Source of the DNA: Dehalococcoidia bacterium | Lineage (GTDB): Bacteria > Chloroflexota > Dehalococcoidia > UBA2979 | Direction: 5' to 3' | Assembly (NCBI GenBank): GCA_029247135.1 | Contig: JAQWLS010000113.1 | Location: forward strand, 1-57,875 | Length of the DNA stretch: 57,875 nucleotides | Shown here: one piece after another, positions 27,987-36,835 of the stretch | How positions within the stretch are numbered: position 1 is the stretch's first letter | Layout: every line of letters starts with the position of its first letter | Position numbers and translations under genes: made by a program | Notes under the pieces: generated by a model | What the model saw: only the letters and a program-made list of their open reading frames with translations | Database searches by the model: none | Told to the model about the DNA's origin: nothing

Positions 27987-29894
27987 CTATTCACTGTCGA
28001 GTGTTTTTTCGAATTTCAGTATTTGAGATTTTGTAAGTAAATATATTGCTTTATGGTCAGAGGCTATGTCTATAATTCCCGAAAATATGGGGTGTCGGTA
28101 TATTCCTATAAGAGTATGTTCTGTATCTACTACTAGGATTCGACGTTGTTTTGGCTCAACGACGTATGTGAACATATGATTAGGAGCCGTAGCGAGTGTG
28201 GTAGCTGATTTAATTGATGGGGCCGGTGCTGCTTTAAGAATAATTTGGTTTGTGAGTTGGAGGGATATGAGTTCGTTACTTACAAGAAGCAATGGGTTAC
28301 CGAATTGATCTAAATTAATTGATATCACGTCAGGGATATGCTTTGAAAGTAGTATTTCATTGTTGAGTCGAAGCGAATTACGTTCTAGTGTATAGAGGCT
28401 GAGTAGTCCTTTGGAATCAACTGCCAAGAGTAAATTTTGTGAGACTGTAATCTCTAGTATTTGATTGTCGGGCATAGTTCGCGGCAAACTAAGTGGTCGT
28501 GGTAATCCATCTGGTACATTTTGATATTCAAAAAATGCGCCATTTGTGTCAAGGATAATTAACCGATCGCGTAGTTCATCCCAGGTGATTGAGAGAGGGC
28601 TATCAGCAGGCGTTCCTTGATATGTATCACCTTGGCGGTAGATTACGCTTGAATAATCAGTCTTTTCAGGGTTACTTTCGACTATCCAGCCCTTGGATTG
28701 GTCAATTAACCAAAGTCGTTCTCCACCGAGTACGATTGTTGTCATTTGATTGGATTTGTCGTGATTCTTGTCGAATGTAACCAGTGTTTGTAACGAGGTT
28801 ACTTCCCGGGAAATCTGCAGTGTATTGAGCCGTTCAAGAACTTCGTCTTCGAGTTGGCTAAGTTTTTTATTGTTCGGCGTAATAGATAGACCGGTCTTAA
28901 TCTGGCCTAGCGTTGAAGTCAGATATGACTCAGATTCACTAAGTGAATCTGAGTCATCAGAATTAAGTATCGCTTCTCTAGATAAAATCTGAATTTCTAA
29001 CACTACAAGGTCATGTTGATTCCAAAAGTCGATACGACCAGCGTTGTACATACTTGTGAGCAGCGGTACTAATCCAATAAAAAGCACAAGCGAAATAAAA
29101 ACGAGTTTCCAGTTTTTTAAGGTGCCCTTCACTAGTTTCTTCAGGATATTTTTGTACGAGATTGAATTTCGGAAGGAGCTAGATTCGTCGAGAGCCATAG
29201 ATCCGTCGGCTGGTTCTTCGAACGAACTTTGCCCATATTCAGTGTGACTGCTTTGCCACGTGAGTAATACAGCTGAAGCATGGGGGATCTCTCTGACGTA
29301 ATTAACGATATCTGTCCATGTGTTTTCTAGACTATTTTTCGTGGTCAAAATTCCTTCTAGACTTTCATCAAAACGTGTAATGGAGGTCGTGAGTAGTAGT
29401 TGTTGATCTCTCAGATTGGTGTTGAAAAATCTCACGGCAGCGGGACTATTGGTCGCGCCGATTGGAGCGGCGGACGGGTGCCCATCGGTTGTTAGGGAGA
29501 ATAATTCATCCCCATCTCTAAGAAAGCAATGCGTAGTTCCCACGAGGCCAATAATTGCTTGATCTTCAACTACCTCGATACAGGCGATTGCGACAACTGG
29601 CTTATGTTCAAATTTCTTATCTTGTGTGTTGGTTGTGAGCGCCTGTTGTATGTTCTGGATTGCCGTCTCAATGGCAAATGTCCGACTTCTATTCTGGTCT
29701 ATTAGGGATTGCTGTAATTCAGTTGTCAATATTTGGGCGATTTCATCTGATTGAGTAACTGCCTCGGTGGTTAAAGGCTCGACAAGTACTATTACTGTTG
29801 CATTGTTGGCGGCGGCAACTTTTCGAATTATTAGTGCAGAATCTCTTTCCACTTGGTTCGATAGGATGGGAAATTGTTGTATCCACAAGGTCAA
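27987..29894 (-). CDS. Single-pass membrane protein: degenerate PP2C-like cytoplasmic domain, TM helix, and beta-rich extracytoplasmic domain
   Basis: GLVGTTHCFLRDGDELFSLTTDGH aligns by eye to the PP2C GDSRxYLxRDGxLxxLTxDH block, but the metal-binding Asp residues are replaced. TM helix at WKLVFISLVLFIGLVPLLTS. The C-terminal 350 aa are rich in short beta-like repeats. TTG start. Confidence 0.45.
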   Translation of the reverse strand: MTLWIQQFPILSNQVERDSALIIRKVAAANNATVIVLVEPLTTEAVTQSDEIAQILTTELQQSLIDQNRSRTFAIETAIQNIQQALTTNTQDKKFEHKPVVAIACIEVVEDQAIIGLVGTTHCFLRDGDELFSLTTDGHPSAAPIGATNSPAAVRFFNTNLRDQQLLLTTSITRFDESLEGILTTKNSLENTWTDIVNYVREIPHASAVLLTWQSSHTEYGQSSFEEPADGSMALDESSSFRNSISYKNILKKLVKGTLKNWKLVFISLVLFIGLVPLLTSMYNAGRIDFWNQHDLVVLEIQILSREAILNSDDSDSLSESESYLTSTLGQIKTGLSITPNNKKLSQLEDEVLERLNTLQISREVTSLQTLVTFDKNHDKSNQMTTIVLGGERLWLIDQSKGWIVESNPEKTDYSSVIYRQGDTYQGTPADSPLSITWDELRDRLIILDTNGAFFEYQNVPDGLPRPLSLPRTMPDNQILEITVSQNLLLAVDSKGLLSLYTLERNSLRLNNEILLSKHIPDVISINLDQFGNPLLLVSNELISLQLTNQIILKAAPAPSIKSATTLATAPNHMFTYVVEPKQRRILVVDTEHTLIGIYRHPIFSGIIDIASDHKAIYLLTKSQILKFEKTLDSE

Positions 29895-29947
29895 GTGACA
29901 CGCTCACTTCTTCTTTTCACGATTTTTTTTCAGTATTGCTGCACTAG

Positions 29948-30373
29948 TTGCAATACATAGCTATATTTAAATTTATGACAGATAACAGTCCCAGTTCTGA
30001 CTTATCAATAATACAGGCAACAAGCGAGGTACTTCTCCAGAGGACCGCTGAAAGTTTATCCGAGTTATTGAAAGAATTAGTTAAAAAATTCGATCCGTTT
30101 CCATCATATCCGGGAGCATTTTTTGCGTATGGAATTGAAATCGATGCTCCAAAATTGATCGCAGCCGACTTAGGTTGCGTAATTCTGGGCAATGATGGTG
30201 GTTTATATGAATTTCAGATCGGTCTCGATGCTGAACAAATTGCAGCCGGTGCCGATCCGATGAGCACGCGCGAAGAATCTCTCGTACCACTTGAGCTACC
30301 TGATATTGAATATATCCCGTTAGCCTATGAAGCGATCAGGATTGCTACCTTGCGGCTTGAGGAGACTATTTAA
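29948..30373 (+). CDS. Hypothetical small acidic protein
   Basis: ORF only, with no motif recognised. The likelier start is ATG 29975 (MTDNSPSS). Confidence 0.45.
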   Translation: MQYIAIFKFMTDNSPSSDLSIIQATSEVLLQRTAESLSELLKELVKKFDPFPSYPGAFFAYGIEIDAPKLIAADLGCVILGNDGGLYEFQIGLDAEQIAAGADPMSTREESLVPLELPDIEYIPLAYEAIRIATLRLEETI

Positions 30374-30385
30374 GCTGCAGCTCTA

Positions 30386-31492
30386 TTAATTTATGACCAT
30401 TCGTTTACCATTTTTTCTGGCATGATATGTGGCCTCAACAACTTTCATATATTCGAGGCCGTCCTGAAAATTAGTCAGTACCACTGGGGCTTTGCTACGA
30501 ATTGATTCCACAAAATCAGATTCTACCTGCCAGCCGAATACAGATCGGTCATCATGTGGGTAGGGACCAGTAGTGCCACCCAGAGGGGTAAAGCTAAGTG
30601 TATCCTCTGCAAACGACCATACTAATGTGCCTTTGGAGCCGAATAGAGTGGCGCCATTCGGTGATGTAGGAGTTGCAACGGTCGAAAGGTTATAGATGAC
30701 CCGTGCTCCATTATTTTGTCGTGCCAACACCGACAGACTATCGGGGATATCAACCTCAACCATCTCTCCTGTGTCAGTATTCAATTTTTTGGAAATAAAT
30801 GTATGACCGTCAGCTATTAATTCCTCTGTGGGGCCTAACCATCTGTGAATCATCTCAACCGTGATTCCGTACATCATGATATTCATTCCGCTTAGTTCAG
30901 TCTGGTCACGCCAATGCAGTTCGGGATTCGGTGCCAAGTTTTGACCGTTTAGTATTGATATATGGACTTCGCGTACTGTACCAAGCTCACCAGATTCAGC
31001 TTCGTCGACAAGTCTTTTTATTGTTCGCCAAGACTTGAAATCCATGGGTGCAGGAACGATCTGACTCACTAAGTCAGGATGCGCTTCCGAACTGTTGAGC
31101 ATATCAGCAGCCTCTGAAGCATTCATTGCCATGCGGGCTTCAACTAATACATGCTTTCCTGCTTCGAGTGCGGCAATAGTGTATTCCCTATGCTTGTTGG
31201 GCCAGGTACCGATGCAGACTGCGTCAACGTCCGATGAGCCTATCACCTCGTAAGGGTCTCCTGAGGTTTCCACTTCAAGGTTAAATTCAGCTGCGAACGC
31301 GCTTGCACTTTCATTACTTCTATTGGCTATCGCCACAATTTCCACATCTGGAATCTTTTGAAATTCTGGAAGATGTCTTACTCGCGTATTACCGCCGGCA
31401 CCGATTAATCCTATTCGAATCGTCTCAACCATGCTATAAACCTCCACTGCCCCGAGATGATATCTCAACGAGACGTAATAGTGTGTATGCAA
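30386..31492 (-). CDS. Gfo/Idh/MocA family oxidoreductase
   Basis: Rossmann N-terminus IRIGLIGAGGNTRVRHLPEF, and HVLVEARMA corresponding to the EKP-type motif region. The likelier start is an internal M (MVETIRIG). Confidence 0.85.
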   Translation of the reverse strand: MHTHYYVSLRYHLGAVEVYSMVETIRIGLIGAGGNTRVRHLPEFQKIPDVEIVAIANRSNESASAFAAEFNLEVETSGDPYEVIGSSDVDAVCIGTWPNKHREYTIAALEAGKHVLVEARMAMNASEAADMLNSSEAHPDLVSQIVPAPMDFKSWRTIKRLVDEAESGELGTVREVHISILNGQNLAPNPELHWRDQTELSGMNIMMYGITVEMIHRWLGPTEELIADGHTFISKKLNTDTGEMVEVDIPDSLSVLARQNNGARVIYNLSTVATPTSPNGATLFGSKGTLVWSFAEDTLSFTPLGGTTGPYPHDDRSVFGWQVESDFVESIRSKAPVVLTNFQDGLEYMKVVEATYHARKNGKRMVIN

Positions 31493-31640
31493 CTAATTTC
31501 TGACCGACAGCACGTGCCAACAGGTTGGATTACTTGATTAAGTGCCAACAGTAGCGTCGTGCGTTATTCTTTCAAAACTAATGGTAGGTATAGATAAAAT
31601 GATCAGAGTGAATAGGGTTTGTAAAGGTAGGAGTTGAGAT

Positions 31641-32165
31641 ATGAATGAAGTAGAAGTGCTTAGAAGTGGGCTGACTAGTATGCATGAAATGCTGGATAAA
31701 GCAGTTCAGGAAATGAGCCTCGAGCAATGGAATTACTGGCCAGAACAAGGTGGTGTAAGTGCCTTTTTTTCTCTCTGGCACTATGTACGCACAGAGGATA
31801 ATATTGTGCAATTTGTAATACAGGGAAAGAGTACCTCATGGCTCGATGGTGGTTTTGACACTGAATTCGATTTACATAGAACGGCCCAGGGTACTGGAAT
31901 GACCCACGAGCAGGCCATGGCGGTTCAAATGGTGGATACCTCGAGATGGCTCGAGTACCAGAGAGAAGTATGGGCTGCAACGGATACATATCTTGAGAGT
32001 ATTGATGTCGCTGAACTTCATTCAACAGAAGTAACTATAAAACCAGTTCCTCCTATGTCGCTATGGCAGGGATTGTTTGGAATGTGCTTAACTCATGGTT
32101 ACAGGCATGTTGGAGAGATTGAGCATGCCCGTGGTTTAGTAGGTCTAGGCGGATTAGCCATATAG
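31641..32165 (+). CDS. DinB-family (four-helix bundle, His-triad) protein
   Basis: The length and spaced His residues (LWHYVR, THGYRHVGEIEHARG) are typical of the DinB/DinB_2 superfamily. Confidence 0.7.
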   Translation: MNEVEVLRSGLTSMHEMLDKAVQEMSLEQWNYWPEQGGVSAFFSLWHYVRTEDNIVQFVIQGKSTSWLDGGFDTEFDLHRTAQGTGMTHEQAMAVQMVDTSRWLEYQREVWAATDTYLESIDVAELHSTEVTIKPVPPMSLWQGLFGMCLTHGYRHVGEIEHARGLVGLGGLAI

Positions 32166-32254
32166 CTTATTTAAAAAAAACATTAATCCGAGTACACTAG
32201 GGCCGACCTTGAAGGTCACGTGGAGGCAAAGACTCTTCACTTACAGGAGGAATT

Positions 32255-33496
32255 ATGGGTGCACTTGAATCGATGCGAGTTTTGGATATGACCCAATATG
32301 AGGCGGGTACATCTTGTACTCAGGCTTTAGGCTTTATGGGTGCAACTGTTACGAAAATTGAGCGACCTGGCACGGGTGACCCCGGCCGAGGTGTTGCGCG
32401 GGGTACTGATAATGCGCCCTATTTTCTTAATTGGAATTCTAATAAGCGCAGTATTGCCCTAGATTTGCAGAAGCCTGAAGGTCGTGATTTGTTTTTACAA
32501 ATGGTTTCTCATTACGATGTTTTTGTTGAGAATTATGGTCCTGGAGTGATAGAAAAGCTCGATATCGGCTACGACGTAATGAAGAAAATCAACCCTGGCA
32601 TAATATATGCTCGACTCAAGGGGTTTGGATTATCTGGTCCATATTCAGACTACAAATCGTACGATATGATCGCTCAAGCTGCTGGTGGAGCTTTTTCAGT
32701 TACGGGAAACGCCGATGGGCCTCCAATGAGACCAGGATACTGTGTAGGGGACAGTGGTACTGGAATGCAGCTGGCTTTTGCAATTACGGCTGCATTTGTT
32801 CATAGGCAAGAGACTGGCGAAGGTCAGGAGATTGAAATTTCCATGCAGGAAGCGCTGACGTACTACATGCGAACACCTATTGCGAACGGATCGAACTGGG
32901 GCCAGTCAGTCTCTCCTAGGAATGGCAACCGTGCAGTAGTGCCAACGGATCTTTTTCCATGTAAGCCTTTTGGGCCAAATGATTGGGTTTATGTCATGGC
33001 CCAAACTTCAAGAATGTGGGACACATTTTGTGCAGTTTTGGGGCGGACTGACTTTTTAACTGATGACCGCTGGAATGACGTGGAAAGTAGACGACAGAAC
33101 GGGGATTCCTTGTATGAGGAGATCTGTAAGTGGACGCGTGAGCGAACCAAGCATGAAGTGATGGCTGAATTAGGAGCAGCGGGTGTTCCGTGTTCAGCAG
33201 TTATGGATACGGTTGATTTGTTTAATGATCCTCACCTGAAATCACGCGATTTTATAAAGACAGTATCTCATCCTACAGAGGGAGATTTAAAATTACTTGG
33301 CTTTGCACCAATTATGTCAGAGCATGAAGTAGATTACAGACCTGCGCCTCTTTTAGGAGAGCATACGAAGGAAATATTGAACGAAGATCTAGATCTGGGG
33401 CCTGAGGCCGTGGAACAATTAATTACCGACGGCGTGGTAGATCAATCACCTGTCGATCGAACTGGAATCGCCAAGGGTAGTGCTCCAAGATCCTAA
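32255..33496 (+). CDS. Family III CoA-transferase (CaiB/BaiF)
   Basis: MRVLDMTQYEAGTSCTQALGFMGATVTKIERPGTGDPGR is the canonical N-terminal signature. About 410 aa. Confidence 0.9.
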   Translation: MGALESMRVLDMTQYEAGTSCTQALGFMGATVTKIERPGTGDPGRGVARGTDNAPYFLNWNSNKRSIALDLQKPEGRDLFLQMVSHYDVFVENYGPGVIEKLDIGYDVMKKINPGIIYARLKGFGLSGPYSDYKSYDMIAQAAGGAFSVTGNADGPPMRPGYCVGDSGTGMQLAFAITAAFVHRQETGEGQEIEISMQEALTYYMRTPIANGSNWGQSVSPRNGNRAVVPTDLFPCKPFGPNDWVYVMAQTSRMWDTFCAVLGRTDFLTDDRWNDVESRRQNGDSLYEEICKWTRERTKHEVMAELGAAGVPCSAVMDTVDLFNDPHLKSRDFIKTVSHPTEGDLKLLGFAPIMSEHEVDYRPAPLLGEHTKEILNEDLDLGPEAVEQLITDGVVDQSPVDRTGIAKGSAPRS

Positions 33497-33497
33497 A

Positions 33498-34625
33498 TCA
33501 GACATCTAATTTATCTGGGTTGATATTGTAAAGATTTTTGACATTTTCCCAAACCATCTGGTTTTTGTCTTGCTCCGATACACCCGTCATGATTCGATCA
33601 AGAACCTCCATGGAATTGGGCCATATGGAATCATGGTGTGGGTAATCATTTCCCCACAACAAGTTTTCTGGACCTAGATAGTCGAAGGTGCGGAGACCAA
33701 TATCATCGTCTTCAAAGGTAATCATAAAATTTCTCTTGAAATATTCACTTGGTAGTAAGGAGAGATCTGGTGATGCTGACGTTCTTGACCTGTAGAATGC
33801 GTGGTCCCAGCGCTGTAGGGTGTGCGCTAACCATCCGGTTTCCCATTCAGCCACTACAAACTTCAGTTTTGGGTGTCTTTCAACAACTCCAGACGTAACG
33901 ATGTTGCTAATAGAATTCCATATGGCTGCATGTGAAAGTGTATAGGCAACAATAGGGTCCCAGTGCTGTGGTAAGCCCATGGGCCAATCAGATCCACTAA
34001 ATATATGCATCGTTAATGGCAGACCAGCCTCTTCAGCGGCAGCCCAAAAGGGCTCATAATATGGATCGCTATATGGTCGTTCGAGTGGCGCCGTGCATGG
34101 TATCGCCACCCCTTTCACTCCTAGTTTTGTAACACGCTCTAGTTCAGCGATTGCCAAGTCAACATCCCGGAGTGGCACACAGCCAACTCCGATCAGTCGA
34201 TCTGGATTAGGGCTGCAGTAGTTTACTATCCAGTCATTATAGTTTTGGAAGACGGCGTTAGTTACTTCGGTATCTTCGATGGAGTAGGTAAGCAGATTGA
34301 TACTTGGGTACATAACTTCGCCAACTACTCCGTCGACAGTTTGCTCATCAAGTCTCGCGATGGGGTCTCGAACTCCAGGATTCATCCCGTCCCAACCGAG
34401 CTTGATTCGTTCGTGCGTTTCGGGATCGTCCAGACTATGTCCTGCAATTCCCCACCGACCAACCGGAACAAGTCGATCGAGCGCGGGCCAGGCTATCCAC
34501 ACACCTTCTCTGTCTTTCCAGCCGTTAACAGGTCGAGGAGCGCGGTCACCGAATCGTTCAATAAGCCCATTAAATACTTCAGGCGGTTCGACTACATGCG
34601 AGTCACACGAATAATATATTGTCAT
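33498..34625 (-). CDS. Amidohydrolase_2 family protein (ACMSD-like decarboxylase/hydrolase)
   Basis: N-terminal SCDSHVVEP metal-His context, a C-terminal WGNDYPHHDS motif, and a TIM-barrel length. Confidence 0.8.
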   Translation of the reverse strand: MTIYYSCDSHVVEPPEVFNGLIERFGDRAPRPVNGWKDREGVWIAWPALDRLVPVGRWGIAGHSLDDPETHERIKLGWDGMNPGVRDPIARLDEQTVDGVVGEVMYPSINLLTYSIEDTEVTNAVFQNYNDWIVNYCSPNPDRLIGVGCVPLRDVDLAIAELERVTKLGVKGVAIPCTAPLERPYSDPYYEPFWAAAEEAGLPLTMHIFSGSDWPMGLPQHWDPIVAYTLSHAAIWNSISNIVTSGVVERHPKLKFVVAEWETGWLAHTLQRWDHAFYRSRTSASPDLSLLPSEYFKRNFMITFEDDDIGLRTFDYLGPENLLWGNDYPHHDSIWPNSMEVLDRIMTGVSEQDKNQMVWENVKNLYNINPDKLDV

Positions 34626-34695
34626 AAGAAACCTTCTTGCTTAGTCGCCCTACTTTTACCGAGTAGTGTATTAGGTGATGTCAAGTATTTTCTAT

Positions 34696-35439
34696 TTAGT
34701 TAATCTTGTGCGCTGCAAGAATTTCGGCGAGATGATTAAAGTCATTGGCAATAAAATCGAAGGGAAGATCTGGCTTCAGTACTTTCGTGTTATCAGTGCC
34801 GTATTCATCCGGTCGAAATATGTACGCAGTGCTAAATCCAACAGCTTCAGCTGCCAGCAGGTCTCCTTCATGTGCTGCTACGAGCATGACTTCGTCAGTA
34901 TTGAGTCCTAAGAGATTGGCTGCGTTTTTGTAGCACTCGGGATTCGGTTTGAAGGCCCCGGTAATTTCAGCTGACAAGATCACATCCCATCGCAAATTTG
35001 AATATTTTGCCATGTTTGTTAGTAGAGACATGTTGCCATTTGAGAGTGTGCTAACGATAAAATTACTTCGTAAGTTTTCTAGTCCTGCGACTGAGTCTGG
35101 CCAGGGTTGCAGTCGATGCCAGACCCTATTGAGATGATCAACGGTGGCCAGATTATTTTTAACGTCGAATCCAATTTCCTCGAGTAATATATTTAGCATT
35201 CGAAGGTGAAGAGCATCCGCCGATTGAAAAGCAAGTGAACCTTCTTGCACGAGCCGCATACCTCCCATGTATCCTTCGGTACGCCATCGATCCGCAAACT
35301 CAGACCAATCAGCCTTTATTTCTTGCTCCGAACCAAATAACTCAAGCTCTCTGATAACCGTGGTTCGCCAGTCTACAACAGTTCCAAAGACATCAAAGCA
35401 AAGCGCTCTTATTTGTCCTAACTTACTATTTTCGATCAT
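34696..35439 (-). CDS. Haloacid dehalogenase type II (HAD superfamily)
   Basis: ALCFDVFGTVVDW nucleophile motif, STLSNGN, and a downstream KPNPECY. Confidence 0.8.
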   Translation of the reverse strand: MIENSKLGQIRALCFDVFGTVVDWRTTVIRELELFGSEQEIKADWSEFADRWRTEGYMGGMRLVQEGSLAFQSADALHLRMLNILLEEIGFDVKNNLATVDHLNRVWHRLQPWPDSVAGLENLRSNFIVSTLSNGNMSLLTNMAKYSNLRWDVILSAEITGAFKPNPECYKNAANLLGLNTDEVMLVAAHEGDLLAAEAVGFSTAYIFRPDEYGTDNTKVLKPDLPFDFIANDFNHLAEILAAHKIN

Positions 35440-35477
35440 AATTTACTCTTTTCACCGAATACCTACTGTCAAAGTCA

Positions 35478-35939
35478 TTAGATGCGCCGCTCTCGTCGAC
35501 CTGCATAGTTTATTTGATCTTTTCGGTTTATCAAATTTGAAATGATTAGATGGATCAGCGCAATGACGAGAGCGGCGCAAATAGCAGTCCAAAATCCGCT
35601 AACTTGGAAGTTCAAGCCGATCGTGGTGGCAAGCGTTGAGGTAAGCAGCAACATCACAGCATCGATAATGATGATGGTGAGTCCAAAGGTAAGAAGAATA
35701 AGGCAGAATGAGAAGGTGATAAAAATCGGTCTAACTAGTAAGTATGTCAGTGCCAATATTGCTGATCCTGCGAATAAGGATCCCATACCTTCTATTTGGA
35801 CGTTGCCTAATAGTGCATTAGACACCCACAGCCCAACCAACAGTGAACAAAATCTCGTTACGAGGCTTCGCCCACTGTATTGGTTATTGCTGTTGCTCCC
35901 AAGCCTAAAAAGACGAAATTGTCTACTTTGTTGGCTCAT
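35478..35939 (-). CDS. DUF360 / phage-holin-4-like small membrane protein
   Basis: Four TM segments. LVRPIFITFSFCLILLTFGLTIIIIDAVMLLL resembles the family core. Confidence 0.55.
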   Translation of the reverse strand: MSQQSRQFRLFRLGSNSNNQYSGRSLVTRFCSLLVGLWVSNALLGNVQIEGMGSLFAGSAILALTYLLVRPIFITFSFCLILLTFGLTIIIIDAVMLLLTSTLATTIGLNFQVSGFWTAICAALVIALIHLIISNLINRKDQINYAGRRERRI

Positions 35940-35980
35940 GGGTTAGTGCTCTAAGGTGTTAGTCCTAAATAGCTTATCGA

Positions 35981-36778
35981 CTAGATGCCAGTCCAGTTTG
36001 GGGTCCGCTTTTCACTGAAGGCAATTGGCCCCTCCTTTTGGTCTGGTGAGGTGTTGTGCCGATTAAGCCAGTAAAACGATCGACTCATCGCTGATTCCAG
36101 TGGTATTTCTAGCCCTTCCATAGAACCTTGCTTTGATCCTCGAACTGAAAGCGGTGCACACTCTAGTATCTCATTTGCCCAGCGTTCTGCTGCGCCCATC
36201 AGGTCATCATGTGGGACTACTTCGTTGACGAATCCATATTCCTTTGCAGTCTGTGCATCAAGATTTCGTCCGGTAAGTATCATACCCATTGCTAATTTAA
36301 GAGGTATTTGTCTAGGAAGCCTGTGAATGCCACCTGCTCCAGCGTATAGGCCGACTCGTGGTTCAGGTAGTCCAAATCGAGCTTGGTCAGATGCAATTAT
36401 TATGTCCGACGCCAATGCCATTTCAAAGCCGCCACCCATGGCCCATCCGTTGACAGCCGCAATTACCGGCTTATGCATGTCAAATCGACTTGTTATACCA
36501 CCAAAGCCACCCTGTCGAGGTACTACCCCTGGCTCAAGCCTACCAACTCCAGCTGCTTGGGCTTTAAGATCGTTACCTGCGGAAAAAGAACGGGAGCCTG
36601 CTCCGGTTAATATGGCTACCCATAAATTGTCATCCGCCGCAAAATCATCCCACAACTCGGCTATTTCGTGTGATGCCGCAGGATGAAGCGCATTCATTAC
36701 TTCTGGTCGATTGATTGTTATCGTTGCCACGTGACCATTTTTTTCATACAACGCATAGTCTGTTGTCGGTGTTGCCAT
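35981..36778 (-). CDS. Enoyl-CoA hydratase/isomerase (crotonase) family
   Basis: VAILTGAGSRSFSAGNDLK oxyanion-hole motif and AAVNGWAMGGGFEMALASD. Confidence 0.9.
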   Translation of the reverse strand: MATPTTDYALYEKNGHVATITINRPEVMNALHPAASHEIAELWDDFAADDNLWVAILTGAGSRSFSAGNDLKAQAAGVGRLEPGVVPRQGGFGGITSRFDMHKPVIAAVNGWAMGGGFEMALASDIIIASDQARFGLPEPRVGLYAGAGGIHRLPRQIPLKLAMGMILTGRNLDAQTAKEYGFVNEVVPHDDLMGAAERWANEILECAPLSVRGSKQGSMEGLEIPLESAMSRSFYWLNRHNTSPDQKEGPIAFSEKRTPNWTGI

Positions 36779-36835
36779 TTTATTCCCCTTTTTTTTGTCC
36801 AGCCACAGCTTAAGGCATCTGGCATTTTTGATCAG

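Noticed and set aside
32205-32217. Short palindromes: GACCTT-G-AAGGTC upstream of the CoA-transferase gene, CAAAACGTTTTG at 6220-6231, and GAAGTTT-GCT-AAACTTC at 16423-16439
   Set aside because: Arms of 6-7 bp are expected by chance in AT-leaning intergenic DNA. Nothing else supports them.
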